DNA of 64,000 nucleotides from a virus. Positions within the stretch are counted from its first letter, which is position 1. Each line of letters opens with the position of its first letter. The DNA lies in IMG/VR virus record IMGVR_UViG_3300024255_000002. One strand, given 5' to 3'. The notes below the pieces were generated by a model. The model did not search any database. It was not told the origin of the DNA and saw only the letters and a program-made list of their open reading frames with translations. Of this stretch, positions 37,389-45,585 are shown piece after piece. Both the position numbers and the translations under genes were made by a program.

Positions 37389-37750
37389 TGTTTACACAGA
37401 TAACGAGTAAAAATTGGCTGTTTTATGCCATAAAAAACTATAATATTCCTAATCTGGATACAGAGCAGGAATTTTATGAAGATATAAAACGATTTAAGTA
37501 TATTAAACGTTTATTTCGAAAGTTTAAGTCAACAGGTGAGTTAAAAACTAGACTTATACTTAATCATATAATAGTTTTAAATAATGTATTTGGAACTGAA
37601 GCAGCCTCAACACTGCTACTGTTTAAGATAGAAAGAGAGTTTTGGCCTGTATTAAAAACTTTTTTGATATTTTTAAATAATATAAAAGATGAGGAGTTAC
37701 CATTAGTGAAAACTAATAAGACTCTGTTATTAAGTTTGGAGAAAATATAA
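37388..37750 (+). CDS. Conserved T4-like hypothetical protein
   Basis: EFYEDIKRFKYIKRL...RLILNHIIVLNNVFG. Confidence 0.75.
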   Translation: MFTQITSKNWLFYAIKNYNIPNLDTEQEFYEDIKRFKYIKRLFRKFKSTGELKTRLILNHIIVLNNVFGTEAASTLLLFKIEREFWPVLKTFLIFLNNIKDEELPLVKTNKTLLLSLEKI

Positions 37751-38340
37751 TGGGAAGAGCAATAGACCTTTTAATTACATATAGAGTTATTAAGTTATTA
37801 GTAACTCCATGGGAAAAACATGACGCTTATAAGTTAGGTATTATTGATGATACGGGTAAAGTACTAAGAAAAGCAAAAACACTAAAAACTAGTGAAGAAA
37901 AGAAATCTTATACTTTATTACATAGATTTGTTTTTAATTTAAAAAGACTTATAGGTATAGTACCTGGTGGTAAATCAAAACTAGGATCATATGCTGCTGC
38001 TTTAGGGTTATTATTAAAAGAAGAAAACGAAATAAATTCTGTTGAGTTAGAAAAAGATTTATATAATCATTTAAGACAAAATAATTTAATATCATTAGGT
38101 GATGACTTAAATGAAACTGTTGGTTATGATTATCTACCTAAGTCTAAGTTCTTAATGATTGATGAACTAAGAGATTTAGAAGATAATGTTATTGCTGAAG
38201 TTGGCGATGTTATTGAAAATATAGTAGATCAAAAACCAATAGACAAGTACTTTGGCGTAAACCTATATAAAGTTATAAATGAAGAAACGCAAAAGACAAT
38301 TGTTGTATCGGAAGATAACATAGAGAGGATAAAATTCTAA
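37750..38340 (+). CDS. Conserved T4-like hypothetical protein
   Basis: AYKLGIIDDTG...YTLLHRFVFNLKR...YAAALGLLLKE. Confidence 0.75.
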   Translation: MGRAIDLLITYRVIKLLVTPWEKHDAYKLGIIDDTGKVLRKAKTLKTSEEKKSYTLLHRFVFNLKRLIGIVPGGKSKLGSYAAALGLLLKEENEINSVELEKDLYNHLRQNNLISLGDDLNETVGYDYLPKSKFLMIDELRDLEDNVIAEVGDVIENIVDQKPIDKYFGVNLYKVINEETQKTIVVSEDNIERIKF

Positions 38341-39005
38341 TGAAATCATTTAAGAACTGGTTTGAATCTTGTTGGGATGGATATAAACAAGTTGGTATGA
38401 AGAAAAAAGGTGACAAGATGGTACCAGATTGTGTGCCTGAAGAAGCACCAGCAAATTCAGTTGGTTCTGGTAATATTGCAGGAGTAGGAGTTGGGCCCGA
38501 TGGTGAGCCAGGAGTTATGCCTAGTGCTGCTAATGTTTACAAGAAAAAGAACAAAGATGAATTTAAACAAAGAATATCACACTTTCTAACTAAATTTAAA
38601 ACTGTAAAAGAAGATAACGATACAAAAGTTTTAGAGATAGCACAACAGATACAAGATGACGAGAAAGTCTATTCAAAACAAATAGAACCTATTTTAAAAA
38701 ATCTAAGTAGAAAAAAAGTTAAAGACGAATATAACGAAGAAGAAGCAACAAAATTATTCAGATATGTTGTTGATAATAAAGTAAGAGAAGTTGCTAAAGG
38801 TGCCAATATGAATAGTAGAATGATTCCTGGCACAGTAAGAAATGAAGTTGCAACAAAATTACTTTCAACATACAGTAAAAAGATTGATGAATATGTTGAC
38901 ACATATAGCCCAATGGCATCTATGGGATCGCAAGGGCAATTTCACCCTACTGGAAAAAGTCGAGTAGTGGTAAACGCAGAAAACGAAAAAAACAAAAAGG
39001 ACTAA
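38340..39005 (+). CDS. Probable internal head protein
   Basis: MKSFKNWFES; CWDGYKQVGMKKKGDKMVPDCVP; EEAPANSVG. Confidence 0.6.
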   Translation: MKSFKNWFESCWDGYKQVGMKKKGDKMVPDCVPEEAPANSVGSGNIAGVGVGPDGEPGVMPSAANVYKKKNKDEFKQRISHFLTKFKTVKEDNDTKVLEIAQQIQDDEKVYSKQIEPILKNLSRKKVKDEYNEEEATKLFRYVVDNKVREVAKGANMNSRMIPGTVRNEVATKLLSTYSKKIDEYVDTYSPMASMGSQGQFHPTGKSRVVVNAENEKNKKD

Positions 39006-39007
39006 CT

Positions 39008-39589
39008 ATGGAACTATTAATAGCTTTGGCAATGAAATTTTGGCAATGGTCATTGTTAATACTACTTGTAATAGTAGGGTTTGTTATAAACTTATTAGAT
39101 AAAAAGAAAGTTAATATAAAATTCTCTTATGAAGAATTACCACACTTACAACCAGTAAAGATTTCCACAAAGGGAAAAGGATTCTGGAAAGGTATAATTA
39201 TGTGGTTAACTTCAACAAGAAATTGGGTTATTACTAAAGATTGGAAATATAAACTTAACGGTGTTAATTATGTAATACCAGCAGGTTTTCAATTTGATGG
39301 TGCAAGTATACCTAAGTTTTTGAGAACATTTTTTTCACCTGTCGGTGTATTACTAATAGGTGGACTAGTGCATGATTACATGTACAAATACACTGCTTGC
39401 AAACCAGCAAGTAAAAAGAACGCATTATTAATAGTAAATCAAAAGAAGGCAGATCAAATCTTTAGAGATATTAATATTGGTGTAAACGGATTTTATCTTA
39501 TGAATTACTTAGCATACTGGTCATTAAGACTAGGCGGCTTTGTTGCGTGGAATGGTCATAGAAAAAGAAACGCTAAAATAGGAGACTAA
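39008..39589 (+). CDS. DUF1353-family membrane-anchored protein
   Basis: N-terminal TM; IPAGFQFDGASIP, VHDYMY, ADQIFR. Confidence 0.8.
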   Translation: MELLIALAMKFWQWSLLILLVIVGFVINLLDKKKVNIKFSYEELPHLQPVKISTKGKGFWKGIIMWLTSTRNWVITKDWKYKLNGVNYVIPAGFQFDGASIPKFLRTFFSPVGVLLIGGLVHDYMYKYTACKPASKKNALLIVNQKKADQIFRDINIGVNGFYLMNYLAYWSLRLGGFVAWNGHRKRNAKIGD

Positions 39590-39590
39590 T

Positions 39591-39701
39591 ATGTTTTTAA
39601 CATTAGGATTAATTATAGGATTTATACTAGGTTGGTATGTAAACGAGAAGTTTGAAGACTTAGTTGAAGTATCTAGTAAACTGAAATTTTGGAAAAAATA
39701 A
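39591..39701 (+). CDS. Small single-TM protein (36 aa; not in ORF track)
   Basis: MFLTLGLIIGFILGWYVNEKFEDLVEVSSKLKFWKK; GGAG SD. Confidence 0.65.
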   Translation: MFLTLGLIIGFILGWYVNEKFEDLVEVSSKLKFWKK

Positions 39702-40160
39702 ATGAGATTAATATTCATAGGCATTATCATCACGTCATTACTTGGTGCTGGTGCCTATGTTTTAAAGTTGCAAAAAGATAATGTAATTTTGAAAGAGAAC
39801 GCAGTTAAATTAGAGTCTGCTATTAGTGAACAAAAAACTTTAATAGAAAATCAGAAAAAAGATTTTGAAGAAATATTAGATGCTAACAATAAGATGAATA
39901 AGTTAGTTAATGTTTTGAAAAAAGATTTAGATGATTTAGATAAAAGATTTAATAAAAAAAATAGAGACGTTGGCAAACTTGCAATTGCTAAAACAAAGTC
40001 TATTGAAAGAATAACAAATGGTGCGTCAGCACTTGCTACAAGATGTATTGAGATCGCAAGTGGATCACCTCTAACTGAGGAAGAAAAAAATGCTACGAAG
40101 AAGTCGGAAATTAACACTGAATGTACTTCTATTGCTAATCCTAACTATATTCCTTACTAG
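39702..40160 (+). CDS. Inner-membrane spanin-like protein (Rz-like)
   Basis: N-terminal TM, long periplasmic coiled coil with C-terminal Cys; overlapped by a lipoprotein gene. Confidence 0.7.
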   Translation: MRLIFIGIIITSLLGAGAYVLKLQKDNVILKENAVKLESAISEQKTLIENQKKDFEEILDANNKMNKLVNVLKKDLDDLDKRFNKKNRDVGKLAIAKTKSIERITNGASALATRCIEIASGSPLTEEEKNATKKSEINTECTSIANPNYIPY

Positions 40161-40464
40161 TTGTAGTGGAGTAAAACAGTTAAGCATATTCAAAGAAGAA
40201 GTACCAAGGGCAAAACTTAATTTAGAAAAACCCACACCATTAGAATTAGAAAACTTAAAATGGATTATTATAACATCTGAAAATGCCGAAGAAGTGTTTA
40301 AGAAGTTAGAAGAACAAGGCATTGATCCTGTATTGTGGGGTTTAACTGATAAAGACTTTGAACTATTAGCAAAAAACTTTGCTCAAATAAGAAATCAATT
40401 AAAAATTACAAATGACTTACTAGATAAGTATAAAGAATATTACGAAGAAGAAGAAGGTGCATAA
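40090..40464 (+). CDS. Outer-membrane spanin-like lipoprotein (Rz1-like)
   Basis: Lipobox FLTSC; overlaps the 3' end of the i-spanin in another frame. Confidence 0.7.
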   Translation: MLRRSRKLTLNVLLLLILTIFLTSCSGVKQLSIFKEEVPRAKLNLEKPTPLELENLKWIIITSENAEEVFKKLEEQGIDPVLWGLTDKDFELLAKNFAQIRNQLKITNDLLDKYKEYYEEEEGA

Positions 40465-40745
40465 TGGAATTATTTTTTGATATATTAGTTAAGTTTGGAT
40501 TACCTGTAGCAGCCGCAAGTGTTATGGGAATGTTCATCTATATAATTTTGAAATACATTTTAGGTGGTGTAGTTGGATCAGTAAAAGGATTGCACGGCAT
40601 AATTATGGGTTTAGAAAATAGAGTTGAGACTATGAATAATGATCTAATACATATTGATACATTACTTTCAGCTGCTTTACATTTAAGACCAGACTTAGAT
40701 AGAATTGCCAGATCAGATGGTAAGAATGATGCTAGGAAAGATTAA
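40464..40745 (+). CDS. Small membrane protein (holin-like), paralog of next gene
   Basis: TM followed by coiled coil; RVETMNNDLIHID. Confidence 0.55.
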   Translation: MELFFDILVKFGLPVAAASVMGMFIYIILKYILGGVVGSVKGLHGIIMGLENRVETMNNDLIHIDTLLSAALHLRPDLDRIARSDGKNDARKD

Positions 40746-40999
40746 TGAACATATTACAAATACTTGAACAATATGGATTTGCAACTGTGGCCGCTATTGC
40801 CATGGGTTGGTTTATCTGGTTCATCTATACATACATCACACAGGAAATTACATCTAAGTTGGCAGAGGCAAATAAGGCACTTATTGTTCTCCTAGACAAA
40901 ATCAGACGACTAGATAACGATTTAATACGAATAAAGACTAAACTGAACACAGTATTAACCCTCCGAGAAGAAGAAAAAAGAAACAAAAAGAATAGATAA
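40745..40999 (+). CDS. Small membrane protein (holin-like), paralog of previous gene
   Basis: TM followed by coiled coil; KIRRLDNDLIRIK; basic C-terminus. Confidence 0.55.
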   Translation: MNILQILEQYGFATVAAIAMGWFIWFIYTYITQEITSKLAEANKALIVLLDKIRRLDNDLIRIKTKLNTVLTLREEEKRNKKNR

Positions 41000-41007
41000 T
41001 ATAAATA
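41000..41007 (+). promoter_or_regulatory. T4-type late promoter for the csg-like cluster
   Basis: TATAAATA; ATG at 41013. Confidence 0.7.
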
Positions 41008-41012
41008 TAAGT

Positions 41013-41501
41013 ATGAAAACATCAATGAAAAAATTGATGTTAGTAGTGGGACTTATATCATTCACATCGATTACATCAATTCTAGCATCAGAATTAGTAC
41101 ATAATTTTAAGAATCCTGCCTTTAGTGGTAATGGATATTCTTCACATGTATTGTCTATCAATCAACTTGAAGCACAAAGAGAGAAACAAGTTATTGATGA
41201 CAGAAAATCAGCAGAAGCAGCTGCTGAAAGAGAAGAAAAAAACAAGACGGTAAATAAATTTATCGCCAATGTTGAAAGTAGAATTTATGCCAACTTATCA
41301 AAACAGTTAGTTGATAATATGTTTGGTGAAAGTTGTGATAGTAGTACCACAACTTGTCCTACATCTGGTAATGCAGATATAGAAGGTGCTCAAATTTATT
41401 GGGTAAAAGATACTACAACTGAAATAATTACATTAACAATTACAGCTGATGATGGAACAGTTACAACGATGGCAGTTCCAATAGGTGATTTTCAATTTTA
41501 G
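41013..41501 (+). CDS. csgF: Curli assembly protein CsgF-like
   Basis: Signal peptide then SELVHNFKNPAFSGNG (CsgF N-terminal F.NP.F.G motif); precedes CsgG. Confidence 0.8.
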   Translation: MKTSMKKLMLVVGLISFTSITSILASELVHNFKNPAFSGNGYSSHVLSINQLEAQREKQVIDDRKSAEAAAEREEKNKTVNKFIANVESRIYANLSKQLVDNMFGESCDSSTTTCPTSGNADIEGAQIYWVKDTTTEIITLTITADDGTVTTMAVPIGDFQF

Positions 41502-41510
41502 GATATTATA

Positions 41511-42350
41511 ATGATAAAAATATTAATGACTATAGTTATGACGTTTGCCTTGATTGGATGTCAAACAACTAAAGATATTGAAATATACAAAAATAAAGGA
41601 CCATCTATACAAGTATCAACTACTAAAGAAAAGTTGAAGGCATTGCCTGATTTAGATGGACAACCTATTATAACAATAGCTGTTTACAAATTTACAGACC
41701 AAACAGGTCAGAGAAAACCTAGTACAAAGTTTTCTCAACTATCAACTGCTGTCACACAAGGTGGTAGTATGTTTGTTGTGGATGCTTTAAAATCAGTTTC
41801 AGGTGGAGATTGGTTTCAAGTATTAGAGAGAGAAGGATTAGACAATCTAATCAAAGAAAGACAGTTGATTAGATCAACTAGAACAGAATATGATGGTGAA
41901 CAACAGGTTGGAAATATTTTAAAACCTTTAGTGTTCGCTGGACTTCTAATGGAAGGATCCGTTGTAGGGTACGATAGTAATATACAATCGGGTGGACAAG
42001 GTGCGAGATATTTAGGTATTGGTTTAAGTGAACAGTATAGAGTAGATCAAGTAACAGTATCTATAAGACTTGTATCAGTTCAATCAGGTGAAATATTATT
42101 AACCTCAAATGTGACTAAAACTATTGCTAGTCATTCAAAAGGTGGTGATGTATTTACATTCTTAGATATGAATACAAAAGCAATAGAGATAGAACGTGGA
42201 GTCGCTGCTAATGAACCAGTAACATACGCAGTAAGAAGTGCTATAGAATATGCCGTGCTAGATATAATTATGTGCGGTAAAGAAAAAGGATACTGGAAGT
42301 TTAAAGAAGAAAAAGAAAAAGGATTACACGAAAATGAAAACAATAATTAG
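41511..42350 (+). CDS. csgG: Curli secretion channel CsgG-like lipoprotein
   Basis: Lipobox LIGC; IAVYKFTDQTGQRKP, STAVTQG, WFQVLEREGLDNLIKERQLIR, GARYLGIG. Confidence 0.92.
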   Translation: MIKILMTIVMTFALIGCQTTKDIEIYKNKGPSIQVSTTKEKLKALPDLDGQPIITIAVYKFTDQTGQRKPSTKFSQLSTAVTQGGSMFVVDALKSVSGGDWFQVLEREGLDNLIKERQLIRSTRTEYDGEQQVGNILKPLVFAGLLMEGSVVGYDSNIQSGGQGARYLGIGLSEQYRVDQVTVSIRLVSVQSGEILLTSNVTKTIASHSKGGDVFTFLDMNTKAIEIERGVAANEPVTYAVRSAIEYAVLDIIMCGKEKGYWKFKEEKEKGLHENENNN

Positions 42351-43017
42351 TGTTATAATGTTCTTATTGATGTCAACTATGTTATGTGCTAATGACATAT
42401 ATGTCACTCAATCAGGTGCAAACCTTGATTTAGATATAACGCAAGACGGATCAAACAACACAGTTGGTAACTCCACAACAGCTTCTGCTTCAAGTGGTGC
42501 AACTACTGTATTGAATATTGATCAAGTTGGTAACTCAAACGTAATTAAATATCAAATTAACGGTGCCACATACACAGGTACTATTAATTTAACAGGTAAC
42601 TCAAATGATGTTGATTTAAATTGTGATAGTACAAATGGTAATAGTTCTTGTGGAACTGTAACTGCTTCTATTACAATGACAGGAAATTCAAGTGATATAG
42701 ACCTAGATATAGGGGAAACTAGTGATGCTTCAAACTCAACTGTATCTATAACTGGACAATCTGGTTCAGATTCAAACACTATAGCTGCAACAGTTGACGG
42801 AACAAGTGCTATTCTAACTTTATCAGTTAATGGTGATACAAACAACTATTTAATTGATATTGATGGTAATGGTGATGTTAATGGTCATACATTGATACAT
42901 ACACACACTGGTTCAATTGCTGACGTTGATATAATACAATCAGGTGTTAATGACAATATGATCACTTTAACAACAAGTGGTGATAATGCAGATATCGATA
43001 TATCGCAAACGGACTAA
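42334..43017 (+). CDS. Secreted curlin-repeat protein
   Basis: Signal peptide; repeated I/V-x-Q-x-G-x-x-N units, rich in N/S/T/G/D. Confidence 0.75.
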   Translation: MKTIISVIMFLLMSTMLCANDIYVTQSGANLDLDITQDGSNNTVGNSTTASASSGATTVLNIDQVGNSNVIKYQINGATYTGTINLTGNSNDVDLNCDSTNGNSSCGTVTASITMTGNSSDIDLDIGETSDASNSTVSITGQSGSDSNTIAATVDGTSAILTLSVNGDTNNYLIDIDGNGDVNGHTLIHTHTGSIADVDIIQSGVNDNMITLTTSGDNADIDISQTD

Positions 43018-43060
43018 ATCACAATGATAACATTATTACTATTTACAGGATTAATAATAT

Positions 43061-44173
43061 ATGCGTGTTACAAGTTTTATAATTGGGTGCATACTCATAA
43101 CCCTTACGACTTTAGCAACAAATAGTCTTGCTTCTATCGGTGAAGTAACCTTACACACAGGAAATGCTGTTATCGATAGACAAGATGAATCTAAAGATAT
43201 TGAGGTAAAGAAAGAGCTTGATGTTCTTTCATATGATACAGTTAAGACAGGACAAGGTAGAGTCGGTATAGAATTTATTGACGAAACCAGAGTTGATGTC
43301 ACTGAGCATAGTAAATTGTTGATTGATGATTTTGTCTATGATCCAAATACAAAGACTGGTGCATTATCATTAAAGGCCTCTTTAGGTACAGTTAGATATG
43401 CCTCAGGTCAAATTGCAAAAAACTCAAAACAAAATGTAAAGATCAGTACCCCCACAGCTACAATTGCTGTAAGGGGAACTGATTTTGCTATGACCATAAA
43501 TGAGATAGGTGGATCCACTATTGTATTATTACCTAGTTGCAATAATGAAGGATTTTGTTATGTGGGTGAAATTGAAGTTATAACAGACGCTGGTTTTGTA
43601 ATTATGAATCAAGCATTTCAAGTAACTCAAGTTGATACAATGGAATCAAAACCTTTAAAACCTGTATTGCTAGATTTAGATTTAGATATGATTAATAATT
43701 TATTGATCATAACACCTCCTAAGAAACTTGACGAGGCAATAACTGAACAAAAAGCAAAATCAATTGCAAACGCATTAGATTTAGACTTCTTAAAGTTTGA
43801 TGATTTAGAAGTAGATTTGCTAGAAATTGAAGAAGAAGAATTTACAGGACTTGATGTTGATTTTTTAGATCAGAATTTTTTAGTTGATATATTAGAACAG
43901 TTAAATAGACAACTTGCCTTACAAATGAGAAGTGAGTTTGATAAAGGTAAAGATAAAAGAAAAACAGGTAAAGATGAATTTGGTGTTATACTTCTAATAG
44001 AAGAACCTCAATGGGTGTGGATGAGAACAGACTCATCTGAAAACAATATAGTATTAAGACTAGACCAAGAGTATAGTTATAATATAAATGTTATACAAGG
44101 TGATACAGAAATTATAGATTATGAATTGGGTGATAGTCCAACAAATCAAATAAGAATATATCAAAATCAATAA
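43061..44173 (+). CDS. Secreted FecR-domain protein
   Basis: Signal peptide; DTVKTG, FIDETRV, ISTPTATIAVRGTDF. Confidence 0.85.
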   Translation: MRVTSFIIGCILITLTTLATNSLASIGEVTLHTGNAVIDRQDESKDIEVKKELDVLSYDTVKTGQGRVGIEFIDETRVDVTEHSKLLIDDFVYDPNTKTGALSLKASLGTVRYASGQIAKNSKQNVKISTPTATIAVRGTDFAMTINEIGGSTIVLLPSCNNEGFCYVGEIEVITDAGFVIMNQAFQVTQVDTMESKPLKPVLLDLDLDMINNLLIITPPKKLDEAITEQKAKSIANALDLDFLKFDDLEVDLLEIEEEEFTGLDVDFLDQNFLVDILEQLNRQLALQMRSEFDKGKDKRKTGKDEFGVILLIEEPQWVWMRTDSSENNIVLRLDQEYSYNINVIQGDTEIIDYELGDSPTNQIRIYQNQ

Positions 44174-45579
44174 TGTATAAATTTTTAAAAAGATTTACAA
44201 TTTTTCTATTCATATGGATGATGTTTTTTTCTATCATAGATAAGTTAAAAGCCAATGATGCATTAATATATTATAGCACAGGTGGAACAAACACTAGTTC
44301 ACAATACAATCATTTAAAAAGTGAACTTGAAGATTTAGGTTTTACTGTGACAGGTAGTACAAGTGGCACAGTAAGTTCAAGTTCTCTGTCAGGCAAAGAA
44401 CTTGTAATTGATATTGCAGGAACTTCAAACTGTGGTAGTACATGTAAAACAAACTATGAAAGTTTTATAAGCAACGGAGGACACTTAGTTATTCTTGCAC
44501 CCAACGGAGCAACCAATAGAATAGATAGCATTGAATCACTAGTTGAAAGTAAATTAAGTGTAGGAAGTATGTCAATAGTAGGTGGATGTAATACCTGTTA
44601 TGGTTCAGTTGCAGTAGGAGATTATGCTTCAAGCACATCAAGTGAAAACACATTGCCAGGACCAGACAAATTGTTTACAGCAAGTGGCGGTACATCAATG
44701 GCTAAAAACAGTACAAATAGTAGTTGGAACACTTGGTATAATTGGGAGTATGGTAGTAATGGTGGAACAATTACAGTTTCATTTGGTTATGGACAATTAC
44801 TATCAACACATACCTATAGTGGTAACATGCAAGATTTTTTAGTCCGTGCAATGACAGAATCAGCATTGTATTCATCAACACCAGCCTCTGGCATAACATC
44901 AAATCAAACAACAGAATTTAATACATTTAGAAATAAATCTGTGAATGGTAATCAAATTTATATTACACAATCAGGAAATAATAATACATTAAACATAGTA
45001 CAAGACGGTGACGACAACTTAATTATCGGTACAGACTTAACATCATCAGCTGTAATAAATGGCGATAATAATGCTTTAGATATAGACCAACTTGGTAATG
45101 ATAATGTTTTGGGAATAGATATAGTAGGTTCTTCAAACAACGTAGCAGTTACACAAAACCAAGATCAAAGGGCAAAATTAGACTTAACAGGTTCATCAAA
45201 CAATGTAGATTTAGATCAATCAGCAATTAACTATATTGGTGAGCATTATATGTCAGTAATTATAAATGGCAATAGTAATAATGTTGATATAGATCAAACT
45301 GAAACAGGAAATAAAAAGGCATTTATAGACATAGATGGTTCTAACAACTTGGCCTTAGATCAAAAAGGAACAGGTGATCACTATGCAGAAATAACACTAA
45401 CTGATAGTCATAACGTAGATGTAACACAAGACGGAAGTGGTGATCATAATGCAACTATTAATTTAAGTGGTAATACTTCTAGTGTAACATTGACGCAAGA
45501 TAGTAGTACCTCACAGAATTATTACTTATATCAAAATTGTACTCAATCAAGTTGCTCGGCAACTGTCACACAAAACTAA
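44173..45579 (+). CDS. Large secreted protein with C-terminal curlin repeats
   Basis: Signal peptide; N-terminal globular domain; C-terminal repeats IYITQSGNNN, IVQDGDDN, IDQLGNDN, VTQDGSGDHN. Confidence 0.75.
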   Translation: MYKFLKRFTIFLFIWMMFFSIIDKLKANDALIYYSTGGTNTSSQYNHLKSELEDLGFTVTGSTSGTVSSSSLSGKELVIDIAGTSNCGSTCKTNYESFISNGGHLVILAPNGATNRIDSIESLVESKLSVGSMSIVGGCNTCYGSVAVGDYASSTSSENTLPGPDKLFTASGGTSMAKNSTNSSWNTWYNWEYGSNGGTITVSFGYGQLLSTHTYSGNMQDFLVRAMTESALYSSTPASGITSNQTTEFNTFRNKSVNGNQIYITQSGNNNTLNIVQDGDDNLIIGTDLTSSAVINGDNNALDIDQLGNDNVLGIDIVGSSNNVAVTQNQDQRAKLDLTGSSNNVDLDQSAINYIGEHYMSVIINGNSNNVDIDQTETGNKKAFIDIDGSNNLALDQKGTGDHYAEITLTDSHNVDVTQDGSGDHNATINLSGNTSSVTLTQDSSTSQNYYLYQNCTQSSCSATVTQN

Positions 45580-45585
45580 ATAGTT

